Assembly (NCBI GenBank): GCA_012295275.1
Contig: CM022671.1
Location: 4,340,001-4,404,000 of the forward strand
Source: Chrysomallon squamiferum
Lineage: Eukaryota; Animalia; Mollusca
Reading direction: 5' to 3'
Length of the DNA: 64,000 nucleotides
Shown: piece by piece, positions 32,036 through 46,432 of the stretch
How positions within the stretch are numbered: the first letter of the stretch is position 1
Layout of the letters: each line of letters starts with the position of its first letter
Translations under genes and position numbers: made by a program
The notes under the pieces: model-generated
The model's database searches: none
What the model saw: only the letters and a program-made list of their open reading frames with translations
What the model was told of the DNA's origin: nothing

Positions 32036-34188
32036 AAAAAAAACACGAAAAGAAAAACACACAAAAATCCCACACAGAGATAGAATTATACACAGTGAAG
32101 TGGTGAGAGTCGAGGGCTTTTGAAGAAGTACACTCAGAAAGAGAAAAGTATTGAAAACAAAAAGATTCCTTCAGAAATTAGCTTACGTAAACTCCTGAGG
32201 TTATTAACGTAAACACGACCAACCTCGATGGAGAACGAATTATAAATGACTGCAGGACGCTTCACAGATTCATAAATAACGGGAAGAGGAAAGACGAAAG
32301 AAAGAAAGAAAGAAAAAGCTTGTTTTAAGGGTGAATTTAATGTATTTATTACATATAGGATAGAAAGAAAAAACATATTTCACAAGGCATTCAGCAGATA
32401 TTTAATCTAACGTCATACACATACTTAATATTATATAATACAAAATGAGAGGATCGCAACCACAAGCAAGTTTGTACAGAACAGATTATATAAAAAAATT
32501 AAAAACAATTCAATGAAATAACAGTTTAAATCGCTTTTTGGCGCAAAATAAACATAAATTCTACGTGTATCTTTTAAAAAGCTGCAGGCGCGTGTCTTAA
32601 CAACAAGGAAAACCAGAAAAAATTAAATGAGACGAATAAAAAGTTTGCGATAAAATGATATAAATAAATCTGAACACAGAAGACAAGATAAGCAGAAGAT
32701 TCTCTGGACTCATTTTGAAATCGTCTGCTTGCTGGTAACTTGGAAACCGTTACAATTTAATAATCAAAACCACAGCGCTGCTGTCTAATATGACGTAATC
32801 GAACAAGACAAATGCGTAGCAAATAATTAATTTATTACCAGTATTTTTTAATTTTGTTAACGGAGAGTCTTTTCACACACGGAAGTCAAAGATTTCATAT
32901 AATTACGCCATGTCAGCCTCGTTTCCATAAAGAGAATCAAGGATTCAACGAAAAGTGACGATGATTGTCGAGACAGAAATCACATGATATACGAGGATCC
33001 AATGTCTGACAACTCTATTTGCAACAGTGACGGTTATTTCTAAACCAGAAAGAAAGTTAATTTGTGCATGACGCGATTAACAAGCTTAGACAGTTTCGTA
33101 AAATATGTTTCATGTGATGTAAATAAATAGCTTATGTGTCTGTGTAAAATGTCGGGAAAATAACGCCCTCTGTCTTCTCCCTTAGCCGAAGAGTCCCCAT
33201 TTACCAATAAAATTGACTACACCAAGTCCCCCAACAACAACAACAAAAAAAAAAAAAAAAATCTCCCGGACTAGTGATATTTTGTTTCTTCTTAAAGATA
33301 AAAGATATACCTTCTGATAAACAGCATTACTAATACGTCTAAATAATTGTTTTATTTTTTATTTTATTTTATTTTATTTTATTATTATTATTTTTATTAT
33401 TATTTTATTTTATTATTATTTTATTAAATTTGGATTTGGATGAACATAATTATAGGCTTAATTGATATTTGTATATTTCAAAACAGTTGCTTATTTTGAC
33501 TAGATAAAACCTATATCTGGCTCACTGCTTCTTAATCTAGTTAGTGAATGCTGAATGAAACAGCGAGAGTATGATAAAAAATTACACAGAATAAAAGGAC
33601 ATAGAGTCCGAAATTCTTATGATAAAGAGTCCACAGTGAACATTTTAAGAAACGGTGTTTTAGCTGATTACAAATATATATAATACACTAAATGTATTGT
33701 TTATATTTCCAAGATATATTTTGTTGCTGAAGACCAATCTTTACTGTTAATAAAGAATAACAGTGATAACAAGCTAAAATTCACGGGAGGCTGCTATTTT
33801 CTTTTCTTTCTTGTTTTCATATGACGTCACTTACACAAAAATGGCGTCACATACTGAACGAAACATAGTTCGATGCTTGTATGAAAATGTAAGAATTATA
33901 GCTACGCATTTCAGAACGAGGTAAGAATTACGGGAACATCTTTCAGACTAAGGTAATTCCTAAAACTCTAAACCTGGCTGTCAGAAATGACATATCATTT
34001 GTCAGTGTTTCTCAGCAACATGCTTTTTCGGGGTTTTTTTTTTCTTGCTGTGTGTAACATGCAAGAGAAAGTCAGTTTAGTGTCTGCTATTTTAAAACCT
34101 ACTGAAACATAATACACAAGATGCATGATGCGGCTTCAAAATCTATTTTAACGTCTTCGTTTTTTGTTAGTGTTAATGATAAAGTTTG

Positions 34189-34389
<201 letters not shown>

Positions 34390-37300
34390 GTTCATATATG
34401 TAAGGAACGTTAATCTAAACATAAAAAGAAGAAAAAAATACTACGCATTCGCATAACATTTCAACCATGTAAACAATACATATCTATTCGTCAAAAGCCA
34501 TCAAAACAACACGGTTACGTATTAAGAAGGTACATTTATTTTTTTTGTTTGGAAAAGATGTCAAACGTGTAGTATTTCGTTTGGAATATTTCTGTCAGTA
34601 GTAGATCAGTCTAAGTGAATGTCAGAGAATATCACGTGTTAGGAATGTTTGTAATGAGTTTCCCAGAATGCACTATTCTTGTCGGTTATTATTTTTTTTT
34701 TTTTATGGTTCTGTTACTGTTAAACGTATTCCTAGCAGACATAAAAATGTGCCTCTATTATAAATAACATTTATCTTGGTAAGAATGTACATGTGTATGA
34801 AATACCAATGCACAGTTTTATAATTAAAGTTAAGATATATATATATATATATATAGTTCACATATTGATATGTTTTTTTTTAGCTCTCTGTCTCTCTGTT
34901 TCTCTTTCGCTCATTTTTCTCTTTCGCTCTTTTTCTGTCACTCATTATTCTCTGACCGCATTTCTCTCTGTTTCTTTCTTCATTCATTCTCTACCTACTT
35001 GTCGCTACGTAATTACCTGTTCAACTCTATCCTTTTCGTAATTCTCCTTGTCACTATACATAACCGCTTGCTTTTTCACTCTCTTTCACACACATATATT
35101 AATAAAGAGTAGGAGGGGGGAGAGGAATAAAAAGATAGCAGCAAACATAAACAAAATATTAATTAATTATTTCAATTAGATCATCCAATTAAGTTTGTGC
35201 ACTTTAACATCTTTTTTTTTTTTTCTCTCTCTCGCTAACCTCTTCTTTCAAAACATTTTTATTATTTTATTATTTTTAAATACGTGTGAACTTTAAATAT
35301 TCCGATAAAGACGAACAATATTTATCATAACAAATTCATGTCTAGACCCAAACACACCGAGAAGGCCGGCGCATCGATCACCATAACAACCAACAAAAGA
35401 ATTTTGACGCCATTTTGAAGCTCGTCCGATATTTGAAAACTAAAACAAACACCCGCAGACACTCATTCGCCCTCCACACGGACAACACACAAACAGAAGT
35501 GAATGGAAAATGATCGTCTGATTACACAAACACCGTATTTGTTGTGAAAATATTTTAAAAACAAAGATCGATCGTTTAGTTAAACAAGTAAATGTTGATA
35601 AAACAAACGTGACAAAACGCCATTGTAGCTGGTGATGACCTGTTGTCGTAGGTTCTCATCGTTTTGATAATTATGTAGATAAATAAGAAATGAGAGATTC
35701 TTTTCTGCGATAAACTTTTTTTTTTTTACTTAAAAGAAGAAGAAGGAAGAAGAAGAAGAAGAAGAAGAAGAAGAAAGAAGAAGAAAATTACTGTTATTGC
35801 TTGTAGAATGCGTGGTTGAACATGCAGGTTATTCCAACGTTTGTTTATTACTAATGCGGTTATTAGTACCACTATCACTAGAACTTCTTCTACTACTGTT
35901 ACTACTATTACTACAACAACAACAACAACAACATATAAATTTCTACTTCTACCACCACTAGTACTACCACCCACAACCATTACTACCATTATTACTATCA
36001 CTACTGTTGCTGCGACTACTACCAGAAAACTAGTACCACTACAACAATTACTTTTACTTTATTTGGTCCTGCTACTTCTGTTACTACTTCTACTGCTTTG
36101 ATAAGAATAACAACATCATCACAGTAAGTGCTAAACACATATCTATTATTACTACTACCAGTACCACCACCACAATACTCTATTAACCACGACAAACAAG
36201 GACTGCGGCAAAACAATTTTACTATGATAGTAAATTAATATATAAATTTTTATTTTATTTTAAACGTTTTTACTGCAGGACAGTACATACCCTGGGTCCA
36301 AGGCCACTGATATATGAAGTCAAGAAACAAAATTTTACAAGAATAAAACGTATTCAGCTATAGACATTAATTACCTCCAGTTCAAAACATGTGTTACCCT
36401 CATTTTACACTTGCCAAATACTATTTTTTTTAAATTTATTATTAATTTTTAATTTTTTTTATTATTATAATTATTGTTATTGTTATTGTTATTGTTATTT
36501 TATTTTATTTTATGTTACTGCTACTAATTTTTTAATTTTTATTTATTTTGTTTGTTACTTAACCTGCATTCACATATTTACGTATATAAATACATATGTC
36601 AGAATAATACATACAAGCACATGTGTTCTCTTAAACATATGTTTACCGTTCTTTTATAAACAGAGGTGTAATGTCATTAATAATTATTTTAGTTAAATGA
36701 AGATGTCTGAATTTCAAATTGATCACGTCAGGGAAAAAAAGACAAAAATAAGTTCCTGGCAACATTTCAAAAAAAAAAAAAAAAAAAAAGTGTAGCATGT
36801 AACATCTGTTGAAAATTAGTTAAACAATTTTTCTCTCTCTCCTGAGTTTAATGACAATAATAATAACTGTATGTGTGCGTATGTGCGCGTGTGTGTGTAT
36901 AAAATGAGTACTAAATAAATTAATAAAAAAAATAACTAGCAAAATATAACATGTAGCAGAAGAAGCAGTTAGCTTAAGTAATAGTAACATAGTAATTATT
37001 GTAGTAGTACAGAAGTAAATACCATCATTAGCACTAGTAGCAGTTGTAATAGTAGAACAGTCGAGAAGAATAGTTATGTAATAATAGTAGTAAAAGTATA
37101 ATACTTCTAGAATAAGTACAAGTAGCAGTAGTAGTGGTAGTAGCAACAACAACAACAATAACAATAATTAGTACTTCTACTAATAATAATAACAACAACA
37201 ATGATAATTACAGCAATAGTAATAGTAGTATTTGATGTAGTAATATAATAGTAGTATTAACAGTTGCAGTAACAGTAAAATTTGTATCATTATTTTAATG

Positions 37301-37411
37301 GAAATAGGTAAACGAAAAAGAAAATAGTATTATTTATTATCTTTTTTTTTTTTTTTTTTTTTAATCAGTGAAGAAAACAGTAATCTAAGTTTTTAATAAA
37401 TAAAGAAAAAC

Positions 37412-37450
<39 letters not shown>

Positions 37451-37805
37451 AAAAAAAAAAAGGAGCTTGGATGATAATAAAATATAAAATGTTTAACGAT
37501 CCATTAACTGCAGCAGACTGGCACGTGGTTATATTTAAAACCAGCAGACGACCACGAACGAGCAGAAGTCTGTCTTAAAAGCGAAATGAATCGAGGAACG
37601 TCTGCTGAAAACAATGACAGCTCAACGCAAAAAAAAAAAAAAAAAAAAAAAAAGGAGAAACAAAAAAAAAAGAGTTCTCGGTGAGTGATAAATGATTCAA
37701 CGAGGTCAAAGAGATATGGCTGTGTCATATTTGTTTTAAAAATAGAAATAATGTAGAACATGTGGATTTTTTTCACTGAAAAAAAATAAAATCTATGCTG
37801 TAATT

Positions 37806-37898
<93 letters not shown>

Positions 37899-39321
37899 AT
37901 TAGGGCTAGATGTTATGAGATTTTCTGATAACTCGATTTATGTACAACAACTGTAAAGTCTATCCATAGACAAAAAAAAAAAAATTAAAAATAAAAAATA
38001 AAATAAAATAAAAAATTATAAAAAGATAAAATGTTTTAAACATTTTTTGACTATGAACGAAAGATTTTTTTTGTTTTTTGTTGTTGTTTTCTTTATATAC
38101 TTTTTGAAACCGACAAAGATATTTTCGATGACTTCGGACGAATTCATGACAGGCGTTCTTTTACATTTATGTTTGAAAACTTTCCAAAACAAAAAAAAAA
38201 AAAAAAAAAGTTCCCACACCCACACTCGTATTGGCAGAACCTAACAGAATTTGTTGTGTTTTTTATAAAACAAATACACAATGAGTTTGACATTAATATA
38301 TTTATTTCCATCGCATTTAAACAGTGAATAAATATTTTCATGTTAATATATTTTGGTGAAATACAGAAGGAAGTATGAGTAATTAAAGAAAAATAGGGAA
38401 CTCAGAAAAGGATAATGAAACAGAAAGAAGTAGAGTGAAATAAGAAGAAGAAAAAAAGCCTAGAAATACAATGTGGAGTAAAAGAAACAAACAACGAAGA
38501 AACGGAAAAGACTGATCAAGAATGAAAGTGTGAAAAAAGAAAGAACGACAAAGGAAAAAAAAAAAAAAAAAAAAAAAGATAAGAATGAAACAAAAATAAT
38601 GAATGAAAGAAAAGAAAACAAAAAGAGAAGAAATATCAGTTTTAAACAATCAATAGACAGACTCATAACACAAAGATATATATTTATGAAAATTTACATC
38701 ATTTGATACGTATAACACTGTTCATACTTATAAATGACCTATACAGCTGTTTATTGGTTAAAAATAAAAAGAAGAGATGTCAGAACCATCTTGTAATACC
38801 ATCACAACCAATTTCGAGTCTGGGCAGTCATCCGAAAAAAAAAACATGAAGCGTATCGACAGGCGTGCTTGTGTATCATTTGATAACAAAACATGAAAGA
38901 TTGATTCACCTTTCCATCTAGATAGATTATGTAGTGTATATATCTTCATTATGTAGTGAACTCGTAATAAAATATACGTAATGGATAAATTTCGATCTAA
39001 GATTTATGGAGTGATTATAGTTGAGAGTTCAGAGCCAATGGTACATCTTGAATGAAAAATGAATATCTAACTGGTACAGTACTGTTTTTATAATACATAC
39101 CATCAGTTTATTTATTTATTTATTTATTTATTTTATATTTTCGTCTGGCATTTTTATGATTCATGTTGCAAGTCAGCTATGAACTCAGTAATAATTAAGC
39201 TTAATGAATTCATGTACATCTGGCGATATTTCAAAACTACTTTTTTTTCTTCTTTATTAATCATAAATGTCACACATCTAAAAATATAAATATTCACTTT
39301 CAAAACTCTTTTTTTAAATTA

Positions 39322-39354
<33 letters not shown>

Positions 39355-39551
39355 TTGACTGATGCGGTTCCAGTTATTTCTCAGTGGGGAGAAATCTTTT
39401 TTATACACTGAATTTAAAACAAATTAATCTCTTATGATTCAATTAATGGGGAAATAAAACTTAAAAAAACAAACAAAAAAAACTCACCTCCCCCCAACAA
39501 CAACATTTATAATTGAAATTACTTTATTATTAAGGCATCCTATGTTTCTTT

Positions 39552-39617
<66 letters not shown>

Positions 39618-40319
39618 ATAGCAGCAGCAGTAGCAATAGTAGTAGTATTAACTTACTCGCATAAACAATAAAACAAAAATAAATTTTGGAAAAAAAAATC
39701 TGGAATTTGAATACGTAAAAGAATTTAGCAAAGATGTTTCGTCGTAATATGTTGATGTGGAAGACGCAGTTCTAAAACTTTTGAGTCATTCTGGTATTTT
39801 GGTTACTCAGAGGATGCTTAGACCTCTTGCAGATTAACTTCGGAATAAACGTTTAAAGCGCAAAACATAAAAAAAAGTACTTCATTATCGTGATCATGTT
39901 TCAGTATAATTATTAATATCGCACGGAATATATTTCCTGTAATTTATGTTCAGTGTTTCAGAATAGTTTATTTTTCCCTTGCGAAGAATTAAATATAACA
40001 TTTTTCTGTGCATTTACAAAAAATTTTAATGTAGGAAAAATTAATTTCAAAAATAGGGTAAAAAGTGTATCAATTAAAAACAATACAATACAGTAAATAA
40101 CTGGTACTAGCAAAAATATTATTGCCACTACTACTACTACTATTGCTATTACAACTACTACTAGTAGTAGTACTAAAGCTACTATTACTAATACTATTAG
40201 CGTTAATACTACTATTATAACTATTAATGCTATTACTACTTCTACTATTATTACAATATTACTGTTAATAATATTCAACAAAAAAAAAAAAAAAAAACAC
40301 TTTAAATATTTCTACTTAC

Positions 40320-40438
40320 CATTCTGGTTGAGATATGTAAATCAAAAGGTAAAACGAGAAGTGGAGAGGAAGAGAAGAAAAAACTTGGGTTCGCTGTTGT
40401 ACTAAGGTAGAGTCACGAGCCTCGTACAAAACAGAACT
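40320..40438 (-). CDS. TUBA: Candidate distal first exon of alpha-tubulin (5' UTR plus ATG only)
   Basis: Minus strand: initiator-like TCAGTT at 40440-40435, an ATG-free partly pyrimidine-rich leader, then ccagaATG|gtaagtag (ATG 40322-40320, perfect donor, A at -3). An ATG-only first exon is typical of animal alpha-tubulins. It implies an intron 1 of about 15 kb. Confidence 0.7.
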
Positions 40439-40485
40439 GACATGGAAAACACCGCATGCCTCTTTTTCATCTCTCCATGACGTCA
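40435..40485 (-). promoter_or_regulatory. Core promoter of the distal tubulin exon: Inr plus CRE palindrome
   Basis: TCAGTT (40440-40435) and TGACGTCA (40478-40485), about 40 nt upstream of it. Confidence 0.5.
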
Positions 40486-40875
40486 CGGCGTCTTACTCAG
40501 CAGACAGGATCTTCTATTTTTGTTTAAAAGTATTTAACATGTAAGTAAAGGTTCTGTTTCGTTTATCAGTGGTGCACGCCAGTGTTTATTGTCTCCAAGC
40601 CATAATTCAACAATTTGACTAGCTGAAAGTATTCTCCTCGTGTCCTTTGCACTTGTGGCATCTAGCGAAAGTTTACTCGATTCAGCGGTGGAGCAGACGA
40701 TGTTAGTGTAAAGTAATGAATAGCAACAGACGTTATTGATTTTTATCGTCTGCTCCTTAGATACAGGTGTCGAGTTCATGAGCGAAAAAAAGTTAAAGAA
40801 ATAATCAGAAGTTTCTGTATTCTTTTTCTCTTTGTCAGTTTTTCCCTTTTTCTTTCTTCTGTTTTTTTTTGTTTG

Positions 40876-40932
<57 letters not shown>

Positions 40933-41277
40933 TAATTTTAACATTTAGTAAAACAGTATGCAATTTTCGTTTTTTGTTAAAACAAAATTAAATATGCCGC
41001 GACCGCGCCATTAGCATGAATGCCAAATATGGCGGGGTTTTTTCATCCGTCATATAATGTTGCTTTAAATGTGAAATGAAAACAAAACAGTTTTAAATGA
41101 ATATTTATATTTTTTCCTCTGAATATCATTTAGATATGACATTTATGTTTATCAAATATAAAACGTTTTGAAATGTCGCCAGATGTGCGTGAATTCATTA
41201 TGTTTAATTATTATGTAGATATCCGACTAGTAAAATAAAAATAATAAAAAATAAAAAAAAGTAAAAATATGCACCAC

Positions 41278-41323
<46 letters not shown>

Positions 41324-41615
41324 ATGATATTATAAGGCCTTTGATGACCTTTGATGCACACGGAAGTCAAAGGCGAGGACCTTGGTTTGGTATCGTCATT
41401 ATGCAATGCAATCTGTGTCATTAACAGCATATTTGTTTAATATATATGTAACGTAACTAGAAACTTATAGTAACATAATTATCCCAGTTTCCTCGTGATC
41501 TTGTCCTTGTTATGTACGATTCAGTTGACTGATTCCTTACTTTTATATAAATTTCCCCCCAAATCTCTGTGTCTTTAAACCGCTACAACAGGTGGACTTG
41601 ATGTAACTGCACCGT

Positions 41616-41654
<39 letters not shown>

Positions 41655-42506
41655 TTATTTATAGAAGTGCTTACATACGCATGTATTTGTGTGTGCTTAA
41701 ATCAGTCTATATGTGCATATTATTAAATCTTGTTAATAACGTAACATTTAGAACTATATATTGATCTTTTTGTACGAGCACTAGCTGAATTATTTGTGAA
41801 ATAACTAGTATGAACAAGTTTCTTACGAAACAAGGATTACATATGCACCAGATGATATTTACACGTCAGCAATCCATTAACTGAATTAGTGAATATTTTA
41901 AAGGACGGCTTACCAGGTTCAGGATTTCAGGAAAAAAGAAAAATCAGAATGTCATGGATATATATAACTTTCAAAATGATCTAATTAGTGTCTTATAAAT
42001 GAAACGATAACTGTAGTTAATTCTGTCGTCTACTTTTAAATAATGTTAAATAAATAAATAAAAAAAAATAAGAAAGTAAGTAAATAAATAATAATAATAA
42101 TAAAAGGAATAATAGCAACTAATATATATATATATATCTATCTATCTATCTATATATATATCTATATATATATATATATATATATTGAGTGCGAGCTGGC
42201 ATTTCCTCAGTCTATAAAGATTTTTTTCCTCGGTAATATTTTACCGCTATAACATTGTGTATATATAACTGTCAATCTGAAAATACACCAGAAAGCAATG
42301 AAAGAATATGACCTCCACGCATCTTCAGTTGTTAGTTTACTTTCGTTGAGCAGGAAAATAAAACTAAGCTGGATTATAATTATGTCTGAGCAGGAGATAG
42401 AGAATTCAAATCTACGTCCTACTATTTTAAAAGTATTTGATATTAACAAGTCATTCAATATTTAAAGTGTAACTGAATAAAAAACAGAAAACTGAACATT
42501 ACTTTC

Positions 42507-42550
<44 letters not shown>

Positions 42551-42642
42551 ACGGAATATTGCATAAAGGTATCTGTTAAATGGAAAAATCTACGAATAAT
42601 GGTAAACTCTCCTATTCTGTTATTTGTTTGTTTGTTTGTTTA

Positions 42643-42697
<55 letters not shown>

Positions 42698-42882
42698 TAA
42701 ACTGTAAATGTTCAGTGTCAAAATGAAAAGATAACCGTTTTATGTATTAATAGTAATGGAGCAAAGAAAAACAGGCATGTTTAAAAATGTATTACGCCAA
42801 AACATTCAAAAACATTTATTATAAACATACATGTACAATAATAACACTTATAATAATAATAATAACAATAACAATAATAATG

Positions 42883-42937
<55 letters not shown>

Positions 42938-43339
42938 TAATAACGTAATACTAATAGTAAAAGTGGTAGTACTCAACAAGGACAATATAAGTAAAAAATC
43001 ATAATGATAATAATAATTAATAATTAATTTTGTGAAGAAATCATCGGCAGTTTTAAAACTATTGAACGTTGTTCTTAGAAACATCCGTTTGTTGTAGAAC
43101 TAGGGGAAAAAAAAAAAAAAAAAAAATTTATTATGACTCATCAGTGATACATACATTTATTTATCCACCGCCAGCTGACGCTAATAAATACAGAGTGAGG
43201 AAAATGGGAGATGAAATCCCACCCACTATTTCATGAATGAATATTTTTTTTATTACTATTATTTATTTATTTTATTTTATTTTATTTTATTTTATTTTAT
43301 TTTATTTTATTTTATTTTATTTTTTTTTTTTTTTTTTTT

Positions 43340-43371
<32 letters not shown>

Positions 43372-43386
43372 TTTTATTGTTTTATT

Positions 43387-43425
<39 letters not shown>

Positions 43426-43875
43426 TTTTTTTATTTTGTATTATACTGAATAAACTGTTATTATTTAACATTTCAGAAGCATTATACCAATCTTCAGTGT
43501 TTGAAAAAATAAAATAAAATAAAATAAAACAAAACAAAATTTCAAATTGTTTCATGCCAAACTCTCTTGCACTTATGAACGTCGTGCCGTATAATTAATT
43601 CCTTCATTTGTACCTATCCATTCCTTTTCCCTGCCAAGTGCTTAACTAGAATAAATATTATTTTAAGAAACAACAATACATTTAAACATCTTTCACAAAA
43701 CAGTAATAGTCTAAGAGTCTTGAGTACAGAGTAGATAGTAATATATATATATTTTTGTTGTGTGTGTGCAAAAAGGATCAAGTTTCGTATGAAACAGAGA
43801 TATTAAATACATCCTTTGTGCGTTGTCTTTTGCTTATTTGCTTCATTATTTAAGTGCTTCGGTGCATACGCAATA

Positions 43876-43906
<31 letters not shown>

Positions 43907-44350
43907 AAATAATAAATACATTTTTTTTTTTTTTTAAATATAAAAACATAAAATAAGAGTTTAAAAAAAAAAGAAAAAAGAACTCCAACAAAAATTTTAA
44001 AAGTATTACGAAAACAGACTGGTTAACTTATTTTATAAAGAAAAATCAAAATTAAAATTTGAAATTCGACCAATCATTTTTAAACGATCGCTAAAAGACA
44101 AAGATAAAAATGCAGGTGAAATTTTATAAAAACCAAGTATTTAGTTTGGCTGTTTAAGGCCCAGTATGTACTCAAGATATTACTGACATTGACAGCATTA
44201 AAATATCTGGATACTAAAGTGACGCTTTATAGTTATGACTGTTTCTGCTGCATCTGCGCATTCAACGAAGCACTTGAAAAAATAAATGGGCCATCGTCCT
44301 CATGAACTGTAACAAGTCTAGATGACAATGATCAGTGGACTTAAGCAAAT

Positions 44351-44985
44351 CTAATGATGGTGGTGGTGGTGTTTTTGATCCTTGTGACGACAAACGACAA
44401 CCGGTACGTGTGCGTGATGTAGGACGTAGTCGCTGATGCTACCGACGAGAGTTCGTCTGATTCTCCCCTTCCCGCGAGTTCCCGTGACGATAAGTTGGGC
44501 TTTTTCTTCCTCCGCCACTTTGCAGATTACCTCCCCTGGTTTACCGCATACACTTCTTACTTTTCCTCCTATCTGTAAAAACCATAACCATAACCATAAT
44601 AATAATAATAATTTATTTATTTATTTAATTTTTTTTTTTTTTTTTTTTTTTTAATACAATCAGTAAATTTATGAACAGAAAGATTAAGGAAACAAACGCA
44701 CGATTAAAATTATTATAACAATACATATATACGCATGGAAGTACTGATTCAAACATACATTTAGATATGAAATCGTCGTACGATCTGTAATACATCATAG
44801 TTCTTTCTTATAAAAATAACTAAAGGGCAGGTGATGCGTTTTTTTTTTTTGTGTATAGAGTAAATTTCAGGCCATGACCATCGTTACTACAATCGTAATC
44901 ATGCCTTACAGTGGGGCGGGGTGAATGGTCATTGTCCAGGAAGTAAAATAAAAAAAATAAAAAAATATATAAAACAAAAAATAAA

Positions 44986-45037
<52 letters not shown>

Positions 45038-46394
45038 TAAAAATAAAAATAAAAATAAAAATAAAAATAAAAATAAAAATAAAAATAAAAATAAAAATAA
45101 AAATAAAAAAATAAAATAAAAAATAAATAAATAAATAAAACACAATAAAATAAATAAATAAATAATAATAAAAAAAAATAAAACGCAATAAAATAAAAAA
45201 AAAAAAAAATAATAAATAAAACAATAAATAAATAAATACATACATAAATAAATAAATAAAATAATAAATAAGTAAATAAAATAGCGTGCCCTCTCCCTCG
45301 CAGAGAAAATCTCACTTTATTTAATTCTATCAGATACTTTCTTAAAATACATCTCTCTACGGGCTCAACCCACGCCACACCCCGCCACACCCAGCCACGC
45401 CCCGCCACGCCTCTAATGTCGAGATTTGCTCACTGACTAAATAAACAAATTCTCACATTTGCGTCTCTCAGCTTCTGTCCAAGGTGCTCCGAAAACAATT
45501 TGACTTTTTTCTCTTCTTCCGAAATCATCTCCGTCATCAAAGCGACATCTGTCATCACTGGTGCCTCTGTAGATTAATCAACACAGTTTAGCATCATCAT
45601 CATCATGTACAACGTCATTGCGTTTAACAGTAAACAAATAAATAAAACAAACAGGATATGGATATAGGTATAAAAATGTATATAAATAAATAAACAATGA
45701 GAAGAATATAAATATATCTAAGTCAGTAGGTAAATAAGAAAATAAATACGTAAATAAAATAAAAATGGAGAAAAAAAAACCACAAATAAAAACAAATAGA
45801 AGTGTATTTGCAGGCATAAATTGGAAAATAAAATGAGTAAATAAAATAAAATATATAAATAAATGGAAATGAGATAAATTAAGAAATATAAAAAATGTAA
45901 AATGTATATGAAGTAACAAATAATAATAATAATCTTAATAATAATAATAATAATTATAATAATTATAATAATTATAATTGCACATACACAGAGACTGTGT
46001 GAAAATGTACACATACACACGCAGGCACACATAATTAAATAGATATTTACTTTGGATCATCCAAATTAGAACCTCTGAATATATTTCACATATGGTGGCT
46101 TAGCAACATTGTTATCTTTACGTGCAACAACATCTCAATTAATATACATAGTCGTGTAGAACGTCCAATTACTTCAAGTAACTAATAGCAACGGGGATCA
46201 CAATCAAACTTACATAAATCTGCAGCTGCGCCTTAAGTCAGAAATGTACAGAGGTGTGCGTGCAAGTGTGCGTGTGCGCGTGTGTGTGCGTGCGTGCGTA
46301 TGTGTGTAGGTGAGCGTCTATGTATGGACCTTTTATTTCGTTTTATTTTTATTGTTATTTTAAGGGTATGTGTATGAATATATCTTTATCATCA

Positions 46395-46432
<38 letters not shown>

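Noticed and set aside
35380-39103. Other minus-strand ATG|GT sites (35384-35382 and 39103-39101) as further tubulin first exons
   Set aside because: The first has a weak donor (GTGATC) and an out-of-frame upstream ATG; the second sits against an AT microsatellite with no promoter features.
40534-40944. 136-aa minus-strand ORF
   Set aside because: Starts in (GT)n and poly-A, has no homology, and overlaps the predicted tubulin promoter.
44351-44371. His6 as vector or synthetic contamination
   Set aside because: It is continuous with a spliced genomic exon and native AT-rich flanks, with no linker, restriction scar or vector sequence.
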